A DNA stretch of 63,872 nucleotides, filler included, from Octopus bimaculoides (lineage: Eukaryota): assembly GCF_001194135.2 (NCBI RefSeq). It is 6 parts of 5 records of this genome, joined end to end, with 100 filler letters (N's around TTAATTAATTAA, not from the genome) between each part and the next. Parts side by side here need not be neighbours in the genome. Positions count along the whole stretch, not along the records: positions 50,615 to 60,846 come from NC_068988.1; positions 60,947 to 63,872 come from NC_068991.1; 4 more parts are not named here. One strand, written 5' to 3'. The position numbers and the translations under genes are program-made. Shown here in pieces: positions 52,381 to 63,872 of this stretch; the first letter of the stretch is position 1, and each line of letters begins with the position of its first letter. The notes under the pieces are model-generated. The model made no database searches. It was not told the origin of the DNA and was given only the letters and a program-made list of their open reading frames with translations.

Positions 52381-52480
52381 TTACGGAGACGTAAACAACC
52401 AACATCTGCTGTGAAGTGTTGTTGGAGGACAAACACGACACAAACACAATGACGGCGCCCATAAATACCTACACACACAC
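52381..52480 (-). mobile_element. SINE family A internal fragment
   Basis: TTACGGAGACGTAAACAACCAACA matches the 8920-8945 block. Confidence 0.6.
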
Positions 52481-53104
52481 ATGTGCGTGTATATATATNN
52501 NNNNNNNNNNNNNNNNNNNNNNNNNNNNNNNNNNNNNNNNNNNNNNNNNNNNNNNNNNNNNNNNNNNNNNNNNNNNNNNNNNNNNNNNNNNNNNNNNNNN
52601 NNNNNNNNNNNNNNNNNNNNNNNNNNNNNNNNNNNNNNNNNNNNNNNNNNNNNNNNNNNNNNNNNNNNNNNNNNNNNNNNNNNNNNNNNNNNNNNNNNNN
52701 NNNNNNNNNNNNNNNNNNNNNNNNNATATATATATATATATAAACAATATATGAGTATATGCATATATATGTACATGTATGTATATACGTTCATCCACAT
52801 GTACATATAGATACATAACTGGGTACATGACGTGGCAAAAGAACAAGGACAGAAATGGTAAACAAGGTGCAACAAACAAGCAGGCCACATAGATACATCC
52901 CCTTCATCAGCTGCCACCGTTAAAACTCCGGCGTTTCGAAGAATTAAGGCAGTATGCATCGCTAAAATAGTTCTTCCCGCATATATATTTATATATGTAT
53001 GTATATATAAACATATATATATATATACTATATATATATACTATATATATATACACACGTAAATTTTGAACGATGAAAACAAGTGTTCAACACCGCATTG
53101 ATGG

Positions 53105-53158
<54 letters not shown>

Positions 53159-53229
53159 CATGTATTTATGTAAGTATAAGCTCGACAGGATTGCTTCAGC
53201 TTCAGTCTATCAACTCCACTCACAATGTT

Positions 53230-53340
53230 TTAGTTGGCCCGGGCTTTAGTAGAAAATATCTTAGTTGCCGGACAGTAAGAGTGAACCCCTAGACCACATG
53301 GTAGGGAAGCATGTTCCTTACTCACACACCCATTCCTGCT
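53230..53340 (-). mobile_element. SINE family A diverged 5' fragment
   Basis: GAACCCCTAGACCACATGGTAGGGAAGCATGTTCCTTACTCACACACCCATTCCTGC parallels 9075-9134. Confidence 0.55.
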
Positions 53341-53799
53341 AAATCATTCATCCCAACTTTCAGAAGGAAGACAATTCACGTTATCCTGACGATTATTAAA
53401 CAAGGATCTCATATTAAAGTTTGAGCTTACACGAACATGTAATTGTAATATTCGTAAAATCTATTCTCATATCCATCGGTTTATACATAGAGGGAGACTG
53501 CAAGTGATAATGAATGAAAATCCGTTACTATTCAATTTTGATCCTTCCGCACATGCAAGCAGCAGACTGCACTAAACTATAAGAGCAACTTATACATATA
53601 TTGTACGTATAGAGCATCATACAAGCANNNNNNNNNNNNNNNNNNNNNNNNNNNNNNNNNNNNNNNNNNNNNNNNNNNNNNNNNNNNNNNNNNNNNNNNN
53701 NNNNNNNNNNNNNNNNNNNNNNNNNNNNNNNNNNNNNNNNNNNNNNNNNNNNNNNNNNNNNNNNNTATATATATATATATATATATATATCTTAGTGTG

Positions 53800-53900
53800 T
53801 TTCTGTGTTTGTACTCCGCCATCATCTAACAACAGGTGTTCGTGTGCTCGCGTCCCCGTAACTTAGAGTTTCGGCAAAACAAACCAGGCTTAAGAAATAA
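53800..53900 (+). mobile_element. SINE family A 3' fragment
   Basis: CGTCCCCGTAACTTAGAGTTTCGGCAAAACAAACCAGGCTTAAGAAATAA parallels 168-235. Confidence 0.6.
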
Positions 53901-54149
53901 CAAGCACAACTCATTACTCAATACCACCTAGCATCATTTGACTTAAGATCAGGAGCTGCTGAAAAATGCAAACTAACTATAAGCAATTTTCAATGCATTA
54001 TAAACATAAGCCACAAGCTGAATGCCACGCTCTCTTCTTTCTAGTCATAAATATTGCTTTGAGTTACCTAATTCGGGATATTTTTCTATTTGTGCAATAG
54101 GCAATGGCTAGATTGCAGGTATATGGGAACATAGTGAAGCGAAGTGAAA

Positions 54150-56000
54150 CAGCACGAACATGCCGTTCCAATAAAGTTAGTTTATCTCTATTACCTGAGA
54201 CTCCAGATCCCTGAACAAGTAGAAAATACGTTTAACCTTTTAGACATCATTCAGATCTAAATTTATTAAAGAAAATGTTTCATACCAACATTGAAATAGC
54301 AAAGGCCTGTTTAACATCGCAGTGGATCACCAAATAAAGATTCTGTATCATTATTACAACCTTCTTTGTTAGAAATATCTTTAATCAGGGAGAATTTCTT
54401 TGTTGCAATAACATGAAGGCTACCAGAAGTAGTATTTGTGGCTCCAAGAATATCACTACAAGAAACAGTTGTGGGAAAAAGTGTTAAGTGAATATTTCCA
54501 GTCACTCCTACTATGGACATGAAATATGTCACTGAATTAGGAATAGCAGAAGAAGTGTTACCATCTCTGTCGAGTTAACGAATCGACGTACAGCAACTAG
54601 AAGCGTACAAAGATGTACATTTCATTAAAAGCATTATTCAAAAGCATTATTAGATACGCACATCATGCGATTTTCTTCTGTATCTGTGTCTTCCGGTTAG
54701 CTTCACAGAAGTCCAAAATACATGCATGTACGAATTAAAGATGTGAGAATTGGCGGAAGACTAGATTTATTCATCACTTTCAACGCCAATTCTACTTTTT
54801 AAAACGTGAGTGTATTTGTTTTACTAAGGCACTTTCCTAAGAACTGCCATTACTTCTTGTAAGACTTCCTCAGTAAAAACGTATAAAAGTTGTGCATCTC
54901 ATAAATAATCATAGCATCTTTAGCATAACCAAACGTGACACGTGCAGCATATTCTTTTCTGGTTGAAAAGGAAATTCTACTCCAGTTAAATATATTCAAT
55001 TATAGCAGTACATATTCTAGGCTCTTCAAGTAACTGCGGCCTTTTTAATAACATAGAAAAAGAAAAACAAAAGAACAAATACAATAATAATTCACGGCCA
55101 GTGTGAATCCTAACAATGACACCTATTTTTATAAAAATCAAATACGTCAAAAGGTAACACAGAAAATTGATAAACTAAAGTGGGAAGAGTCTTATCCACT
55201 ACGCAGACGGACAAAATTCTATGATACGCTATTTGTAGTCTACATTAAATTAAGAGAAGATAAGGATATTGTATCTGACAAATAACAAATCGTGACTTAC
55301 CACCAATTTTGTCAAAAACCTTTGAAGTATATCGAAGTTTAATTCTGTCACGTAGTCAATTATATATGTGTGTAGCATGGAATCTGTTGCTGCTGCGTAT
55401 GCACTTCAAGGAACAAGATTCAAATGAAGAAGTGATCCAGTTGAGTAAGTGCATTCCAGTGTATATCACGATTTCCGATTCACGAACGACCTCCCGTATC
55501 TGTAAACTAAATGTCGCAGAAGAAAATGGACAAAAAGCTTAATTTTCTAAAGGAAATTCTTTGCCTCATACATTCACTCCGATAAAATTCTATTGTTACA
55601 GAATCCCTCTCTACTTCTCAGGAAGTTTCCTTTGCACTTATGCAAATGTATTCCAAAGTAATGCCTTCTACGTTTGGAGTAGAACAGAGTAGAGAGAAAC
55701 AATTATGGTTATACGGTAGATGGTGATCTTAGTATTTTAAACATGTAACCATAATTATTCTATGCTGTTCATTCATATCAGCCAGAGTGTTTGTACCTTG
55801 GTATGCAATATCAGAATGCTGTAAAGAGCTGTATCCACTGGGATGTGTAAACAGTCGAAGATCAGCAGTGAGATATACACAGGAAGAAATATTTCACACG
55901 AAGCCTACCTGAAAATGAAACACTCTGGAGAGTCATTATGACAGAAGAAGCTGCTTCTGTCACCAGCTATGCTCAAAAGTTTGTCGAGCAGTTTACTGTA
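54150..56000 (+). pseudogene. Helitron Rep/Helicase ORF, heavily decayed (weak helicase-like similarity continues to about 56850)
   Basis: Collinear motifs across frames: RTCRSNKVSLSLLPETPDP (54155), CFIPTLK*QRPV*HRSGS (54276), LPVSFT(G)SPKYMH..GGRLDLFITF (54690-54781), IIHGQC, ESYPLRRR (55190), YICV* (55361), RFPIHER..ENGQKA*F (55469-55545), PECLYL (55782) and LPENETLW (55907). These follow the recalled Helitron Rep order. Confidence 0.85.
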
Positions 56001-57154
56001 AGCTTATATTATTTTTCCACCCGTCTTCCACTGGGACAAAATCGCAGGTAATATTTGAAACAATAACTTCATACGCCTGTTTTAAATAAGCACCCCAATG
56101 TAAAAGATGAACATAAAGACGTCCTTTTATAATTGGTGCTTATTGCTCTTAAGGAGACGGTGAAGTAAGTTCCTCGGAGACAAAAAAAAATGAAATCCTT
56201 CTATTGTTTTATCTTCCTCAGACACTCTACTTGCATCATACATTTACTTAGGTATTGACATAGATTTAAGACACTGCAATTATAAATGACTACAGCTCAT
56301 GAAGAATCATTTTAACTAGTGGTCATCTGTCATTTATTCATTTCGTTTATCGCTTGCTCAAACGGAAACTAGTCTCAGGGAAGTTAAGTACATATGCGCA
56401 AACCAAAATTTACCTCGATCGGCAATTCAAAGTAGATGCAGGCGTCGTAGACAACAAATATCCATTAGGAGAATAAAGAGAATTATTTTTTAAAAAATAT
56501 TATCTATCAGGAAAATTAATCAAATAAAAAGATCAATCAACCTTTGGGTCCATATCGAAAAGAACAAGCTCTATTCTTCCCTTCATCAGCATAAGGCGAG
56601 TTTATTCTAACAACGTGGAAAATTATTCCACCAATATTGTTCAGATACTGCTGGTATCAAATTCACAGATTAACTAAAGCTGCACCCTTCGTACATAATC
56701 CCTTTCTACAGAAATTGAGCCCACATCACATAACAACACAGCGCTACAGCTTTTCCTTAAGTAGTCCAGCTTTACACAAAAATTATAATGACAGAAAGCG
56801 ATGAAGCAAAAGGCTGCATGGCGTTGAAAACCTACATAAGAAAATCAAAGCATAAATAAAAAAATACTACCTGAATTTTGCCTGATTCATTTCGACTAAC
56901 AACAGCTCTAACATCAGTAGATTCCCGTAAACTACGAGATCACCTGTCGCCTGCTTGTATACACACAGATGCACACATCTATACGGAGGCAAGTCTTAAC
57001 ATATATCTAGTAAACTGCACATATTGAGACAAACGTATAATATATATGTCTGTGTGTCTCATTGTGTGCGTGTTTGTGTAAGTGTGTGTTTATATATATA
57101 TGGATGTATATCCATATATCTGTATATATGTATATACATATCTCTCTCTCTCTA

Positions 57155-57202
<48 letters not shown>

Positions 57203-57479
57203 TATTTTCATGTAATTCTATAAATATGGTTAGTCCATATCAGTATTTTGTATAAATAAATAGATAAGTGCGCAGACAAATAGAAAACTTTATCACGTTG
57301 CACATGCGCATTATGATCACAGCTCAATATATGTATGCATGTGTGTCTGCCTGTCTACCTGTCTATCTGTATATATGTACGTGCGTATCTTGTTTAAATT
57401 CGCTGTATCGGTATCTATCTCTCTCTCTTTCTGACTCTCCATCTAGCCTCCACACGCATATCTCTCTCTATATATATGT

Positions 57480-57510
<31 letters not shown>

Positions 57511-57627
57511 CATTTATATATACACATGCTCACACACATACACATATATGAACATATATTAAACATATTTTATCAATACACTTAAGCTGTTCCTAAAAAA
57601 AACTTAATATTATTAAATTATAATAAA

Positions 57628-57660
<33 letters not shown>

Positions 57661-58011
57661 GTGTGTATGTGGCTGTGTCTGTTTGTATTTGTATGTGTAT
57701 GATTGTACAAACGCATGTATGCATGTATACTGATATGTAATCATCTACGCACAAAACTAACATGTCATTTTGAAATTTGCATGCAGCTTTTGGCATTAAT
57801 TCATATATTCATCTAGATGCATATTGACTTACACATAGACCTTGGCGTACCTATTCACTATATTGCACACGAAGATAAACGTTTATACTCACTACATATA
57901 CTAATACTCGTATATCTGTGTGAGAGTGTGTACTTATGTGTGTGTGTCAGCGAATAAGTAAATACATATTTTCCATACTACATCCATACACACACACGTA
58001 TATATGTATGA

Positions 58012-58051
<40 letters not shown>

Positions 58052-59629
58052 NNNNNNNNNNNNNNNNNNNNNNNNNNNNNNNNNNNNNNNNNNNNNNNNN
58101 NNNNNNNNNNNNNNNNNNNNNNNNNNNNNNNNNNNNNNNNNNNNNNNNNNNNNNNNNNNNNNNNNNNNNNNNNNNNNNNNNNNNNNNNNNNNNNNNNNNN
58201 NNNNNNNNNNNNNNNNNNNNNNNNNNNNNNNNNNNNNNNNNNNNNNNNNNNNNNNNNNNNNNNNNNNNNNNNNNNNNNNNNNNNNNNNNNNNNNNNNNNN
58301 NNNNNNNNNNNNNNNNNNNNNNNNNNNNNNNNNNNNNNNNNNNNNNNNNNNNNNNNNNNNNNNNNNNNNNNNNNNNNNNNNNNNNNNNNNNNNNNNNNNN
58401 NNNNNNNNNNNNNNNNNNNNNNNNNNNNNNNNNNNNNNNNNNNNNNNNNNNNNNNNNNNNNNNNNNNNNNNNNNNNNNNNNNNNNNNNNNNNNNNNNNNN
58501 NNNNNNNNNNNNNNNNNNNNNNNNNNNNNNNNNNNNNNNNNNNNNNNNNNNNNNNNNNNNNNNNNNNNNNNNNNNNNNNNNNNNNNNNNNNNNNNNNNNN
58601 NNNNNNNNNNNNNNNNNNNNNNNNNNNNNNNNNNNNNNNNNNNNNNNNNNNNNNNNNNNNNNNNNNNNNNNNNNNNNNNNNNNNNNNNNNNNNNNNNNNN
58701 NNNNNNNNNNNNNNNNNNNNNNNNNNNNNNNNNNNNNNNNNNNNNNNNNNNNNNNNNNNNNNNNNNNNNNNNNNNNNNNNNNNNNNNNNNNNNNNNNNNN
58801 NNNNNNNNNNNNNNNNNNNNNNNNNNNNNNNNNNNNNNNNNNNNATATATATATATATATATATATAAATATATATATACGTACGTGTGTATTCACGTAT
58901 AAGTATATGTATTTTTACAGAATGTACAAAAACACGCACGCACAGATTTTAAAACATACACATGTCTTCAGAGATATATATGGTTCTCAAAATATATAAT
59001 TCACTATACTCATGTATTATCCACAACACAAGACATATATATGACTGCTCGTCACAATACGTCTGACTCACGGTGCACACACGAATACAAATATATGCGT
59101 AAACACTCATACATATACACATAGACTGCCGCACAAACACATGTAGAATCACAAAAACGCTAACACATACAAACATACACACACACACACACATAATACA
59201 GCTGCAAAGAAGTTTAGTGTATCAAATAGTTGATTGCAATGAGCTCATTTTTGTGTTGCGCCATGTCAGCTTGAATAATTGGGCTTGTGCAAGACGTATG
59301 CATATTGAATAACATACATATACGTGCTCAACAAATGCAACGTATACACAACCATTCCCACATCCGGTCCCACCAGTAAGTGTGTGGGTGTACTGCCTTT
59401 AATATTAGTTTCTACACACACACACAAACGCTCAGACATAGAAGTATATATTCCACAGTATATAATATAATGTACATATTTAGATATTTTATAGGAATTT
59501 AGAATTTTACTAAACTATTGTCTGTATCGACGTACAAACACTTTCACACGCATATGTCTTTTCGACGTTTTGGGCATGTGTATGAATACATGTATTAATA
59601 CATACATACGTACATACACACGTTCATAT

Positions 59630-59666
<37 letters not shown>

Positions 59667-60186
59667 NNNNNNNNNNNNNNNNNNNNNNNNNNNNNNNNNN
59701 NNNNNNNNNNNNNNNNNNNNNNNNNNNNNNNNNNNNNNNNNNNNNNNNNNNNNNNNNNNNNNNNNNNNNNNNNNNNNNNNNNNNNNNNNNNNNNNNNNNN
59801 NNNNNNNNNNNNNNNNNNNNNNNNNNNNNNNNNNNNNNNNNNNNNNNNNNNNNNNNNNNNNNNNNNNNNNNNNNNNNNNNNNNNNNNNNNNNNNNNNNNN
59901 NNNNNNNNNNNNNNNNNNNNNNNNNNNNNNNNNNNNNNNNNNNNNNNNNNNNNNNNNNNNNNNNNNNNNNNNNNNNNNNNNNNNNNNNNNNNNNNNNNNN
60001 NNNNNNNNNNNNNNNNNNNNNNNNNNNNNNNNNNNNNNNNNNNNNNNNNNNNNNNNNNNNNNNNNNNNNNNNNNNNNNNNNNNNNNNNNNNNNNNNNNNN
60101 NNNNNNNNNNNNNNNNNNNNNNNNNNNNNNNNNNNNNNNNNNNNNNNNNNNNNNNNNNNNNNNNNNNATATATATGTATATATATG

Positions 60187-60226
<40 letters not shown>

Positions 60227-60460
60227 GATATATTTCTTGACTTTCTTTTCCATTTTTATGCTTCGCATTGTCATAAATGTTTTTATTTCGTCATTGTTCC
60301 ATCCATATCTCACCGTATTTAACAAGTAAGTCTTTAACAACGTGACTTTCGGTAAGGAATCAACATTGAATGAAGATGAAGAAGAAGAAGAAGAATGCAT
60401 GGATACACGTTTCCCTTTCCTCTGTCTCTCTCTGAATCTTTCTCTCTCTATCTCTTTCTT

Positions 60461-60495
<35 letters not shown>

Positions 60496-60789
60496 GCGTA
60501 CATACAAACATACATACATATACATACATATATATGTATATATATATATGTATATTGCTTGTGGACATGTGTATGTGTATGTGTATGCGTATTTGGTGTG
60601 GGTGAACAGTCATGTCAATACGCGTGTCGTTATTCGTTTTCTTACATGAATTCCTAAAGATACTCAATGATACGTACAAGCACACACAGTACACGTACAC
60701 GTCCCTATACATCTATGTATACGTGTGCAAATGTGATTATGTATATAACTCTGAGCGCGTGTCTTAAGTGAATATACACATATGTATAA

Positions 60790-60846
<57 letters not shown>

Positions 60847-60946
60847 NNNNNNNNNNNNNNNNNNNNNNNNNNNNNNNNNNNNNNNNNNNNTTAATTAATT
60901 AANNNNNNNNNNNNNNNNNNNNNNNNNNNNNNNNNNNNNNNNNNNN

Positions 60947-62764
60947 CACAAGGGCCAGTCCAGGGGCACTGGCAACGACCTCGCTCAAAAAACCTTATGT
61001 GTCACCCGCACAAAAGCCGGCCCAGTACATCGGCAACGATCTCGCTCGAAAGATTTCATGTGTCACCCGCACAAGGGCCAGTCCAGGGGCACTGGCAACG
61101 ACCTCGCTCAAAAAACCTCATGTGTCACCCGCACAAGAGCCGGCCCAGTACACCGGCAACGATCTCGCTCGAAAGATTTCATGTGTCGCCCGCACATGAG
61201 CCAGTCCAGGGGCACTGGCATCGATCCCCNNNNNNNNNNNNNNNNNNNNNNNNNNNNNNNNNNNNNNNNNNNNNNNNNNNNNNNNNNNNNNNNNNNNNNN
61301 NNNNNNNNNNNNNNNNNNNNNNNNNNNNNNNNNNNNNNNNNNNNNNNNNNNNNNNNNNNNNNNNNNNNNNNNNNNNNNNNNNNNNNNNNNNNNNNNNNNN
61401 NNNNNNNNNNNNNNNNNNNNNNNNNNNNNNNNNNNNNNNNNNNNNNNNNNNNNNNNNNNNNNNNNNNNNNNNNNNNNNNNNNNNNNNNNNNNNNNNNNNN
61501 NNNNNNNNNNNNNNNNNNNNNNNNNNNNNNNNNNNNNNNNNNNNNNNNNNNNNNNNNNNNNNNNNNNNNNNNNNNNNNNNNNNNNNNNNNNNNNNNNNNN
61601 NNNNNNNNNNNNNNNNNNNNNNNNNNNNNNNNNNNNNNNNNNNNNNNNNNNNNNNNNNNNNNNNNNNNNNNNNNNNNNNNNNNNNNNNNNNNNNNNNNNN
61701 NNNNNNNNNNNNNNNNNNNNNNNNNNNNNNNNNNNNNNNNNNNNNNNNNNNNNNNNNNNNNNNNNNNNNNNNNNNNNNNNNNNNNNNNNNNNNNNNNNNN
61801 NNNNNNNNNNNNNNNNNNNNNNNNNNNNNNNNNNNNNNNNNNNNNNNNNNNNNNNNNNNNNNNNNNNNNNNNNNNNNNNNNNNNNNNNNNNNNNNNNNNN
61901 NNNNNNNNNNNNNNNNNNNNNNNNNNNNNNNNNNNNNNNNNNNNNNNNNNNNNNNNNNNNNNNNNNNNNNNNNNNNNNNNNNNNNNNNNNNNNNNNNNNN
62001 TACACCGGCAACGATCTCGCTCGAAAGATTTCATGTGTCGCCCGCACATGAGCCAGTCCAGGGGCACTGGCATCGATCCCCCTCGAAAGATTTCTTGTGT
62101 CGCCCGCACATGAGCCAGTCCAGGGGCGCTGACAACGATCTCGCTCGAAACATTTCATGTGTCACCCGCACATGTGCCAGTCCAGGGGCACCGGCAAAGA
62201 AGTCGCTCAAAGCATTTCATGTGTCACGCGCAGAAGAGTCAGTCCAGGGGCACTGGAAACAATCCCGCTCGAAAGATTTCATGTGTCGCCCGCACATGAG
62301 CCAGTCCAGGGGCACTGGCAACGACCTCGCTCAAAAAACCTTATGTGTCACCCGCACAAAAGCCGGCCCAGTACNNNNNNNNNNNNNNNNNNNNNNNNNN
62401 NNNNNNNNNNNGGCAACGATCTCACTCGTAAGATATCATGTGTCGTCCGCACATGAGCCAGTCCAGGGGCTCTGGCAACGATCCCGCTCGAAACATTTCA
62501 TGTGTCGCCCGCACATGAGCCAGTCCAGGGGCACTGGCAACGACTCTGCTCGAAAAATTTCATGTGTCGCCCGCAAATGAGACAGCCCAGGGGCACCGGC
62601 AACGATCTCGGTCGAAAAAACTTCATGTCTCACCCGCACAAGAGCCAGCCCAGGGGCACCGGCTACGATCTCGCTCCAAAATTTTCATGTGTCTCCCGCA
62701 CATGAGCCAGTCTCGGGGCACTGGCATCGATCCCGCTCGAAAGATTTCATGTGTCTCCTGCACA
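60947..62764. repeat. GC-rich satellite with 61/62-bp units and local A/B dimer structure (interrupted by gaps)
   Basis: ATGTGTC unit starts at 60997, 61058, 61120 and 61181 (spacing 61, 62, 61); further units at 62001-62374 and 62412-62764; about 58% GC by hand count of one unit-type sequence. Confidence 0.95.
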
Positions 62765-62934
62765 NNNNNNNNNNNNNNNNNNNNNNNNNNNNNNNNNNNN
62801 NNNNNNNNNNNNNNNNNNNNNNNNNNNNNNNNNNNNNNNNNNNNNNNNNNNNNNNNNNNNNNNNCACTTCAGAATGAAAGGTTTTAAAGTAACTTAATGT
62901 GTGAAAAGTCACGAAAAAAATACGAAATTTACTT

Positions 62935-63872
62935 TTTCAAATTTTCTCCGTTTTACTTGAATATTTGCAATTTTTTGTGAACTTCTGCTTTGCCACAAAC
63001 TTTGTCATGACGGTGGACTCTTTGATAATTATAATTTCTCATCAAACATCTGACGTACATTAACCCATTAGATTTCAAAATGAAAAGTGTTTGTTGAAAC
63101 ATTCATTTTCAAATTTTCTCTGTTTTTCATGCTTCATTTTCATTTTTCATTTCATATAGTTTCAGCTCATGAGCTGTGACCAAGCTGGGGCACCTACATA
63201 ATTTTACTTCAGGAATTGACATTTGGTTCATGAGAGAGTTTGATGCAGCTGCACTCATCTGCACCTCCTGCCATGAAGTTGGTTCATCTGAGACACCTGA
63301 CAGGATTATGTCCAGCCTCATCTTCAAGACACCTACGTCCACCGCATGCAGGTCTCTTAGGGACTTCGGGAGGATATTGAAGAGCTGTGGACCTCTGAAA
63401 CACAGGCTATTGCAGTATCTTTTGCTACATCTGGATGGCAAATTTGGAGTCCTTGCCACTATGAAATGGCGTCCAGTTCTTTTATTTGCGTAACTTTTGA
63501 TGCCAAAGTTTGGGACAATTCCTTCGAGGATCTTCCAGATGTATATTATGGCATATCTTTCTCGTCTACGTTCTAAGGAATAGAGTCTTAATCTCTTGAG
63601 TCTTTCCCAATAGCTTATATGCTGCATAGAGGCTATCTTCTTTGTGTAGCTTCGTTGGATTGCCTCAAGTTCTGAGATTGATTTGACACTTGTTGGTGAC
63701 CATAGCTTAGAGCAATAGTCAAAGTGGCTTAGAACAAGTGTGTTCCAGAGCACCATCATGGTTTCCATGCTTATTTGCAATTTTTTGTGACTTTCTGTTT
63801 TACCACACACTTTGTCATTTCGGTGAACTCTTTGATAAATATAATCTTCTCATCAATCATCTGACGTATATT
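62935..63872. repeat. AT-rich tandem repeat of about 172-173 bp (at least two units) interrupted by a LINE
   Basis: CAAATTTTCTC at 62938 and 63110; ATTTGCAATTTTTTGTGA...CATCTGACGTA at 62962-63058 recurs at 63773-63868. Confidence 0.75.
63135..63765 (-). mobile_element. CR1-group LINE, 5'-truncated, young-looking insertion with TSD CATGCTT
   Basis: Uninterrupted frame ETMMVLWNTLVLSHFDYCSKLWSP...LEAIQRSYTKKI...YWERLKRLRLYSLERRRERYAIIYIWKILEG...GPQLFNILPKSLRD. 3' stem-loop and (TGAAA)n-like tail. CATGCTT at 63128-63134 and 63766-63772. Confidence 0.92.

Noticed and set aside
60997-62887. Repetitive ORFs through the 61/62-bp array; CRISPR-like appearance
   Set aside because: The unit lengths are not multiples of three, the ORFs run through N gaps, and there are no unique spacers or cas genes; this is a satellite.

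Overview
Repeat-saturated, AT-rich animal genomic DNA from a gappy draft assembly. It is most likely a cephalopod (octopus-like) scaffold; that is an inference from the microsatellite load and retroposon types, not a database result. I can support no intact host protein-coding gene, RNA gene or CRISPR array. Almost all ORFs in the supplied track are artefacts of (CA)n/(TA)n/(CATA)n/trinucleotide repeats or of N gaps. The window holds a diverse set of decayed transposable elements: (i) a Hsmar1-like mariner 3' end and a Tigger-like 5' end; (ii) a decayed Helitron Rep/Hel of about 2-2.7 kb that the ORF track misses; (iii) non-LTR fragments of three restriction-like-endonuclease (RLE) clades (HERO x2, CRE-like, R4/Dong-like x2); (iv) CR1/L2-group LINE ends, an RTE-like end with C2H2 fingers, and Penelope-like elements with degenerate hammerhead-like motifs; (v) at least four tRNA-type SINE families. 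The window ends in a GC-rich 61/62-bp satellite whose units fold into three hairpins, followed by an AT-rich tandem repeat of about 172 bp interrupted by a LINE with a clean TSD. Assembly artefacts include TTAATTAATTAA gap linkers and an Illumina adapter remnant. All family assignments come from manual translation and recalled consensus motifs; no search was run. I did not find a convincing new biological system; the structured satellite is the best lead.
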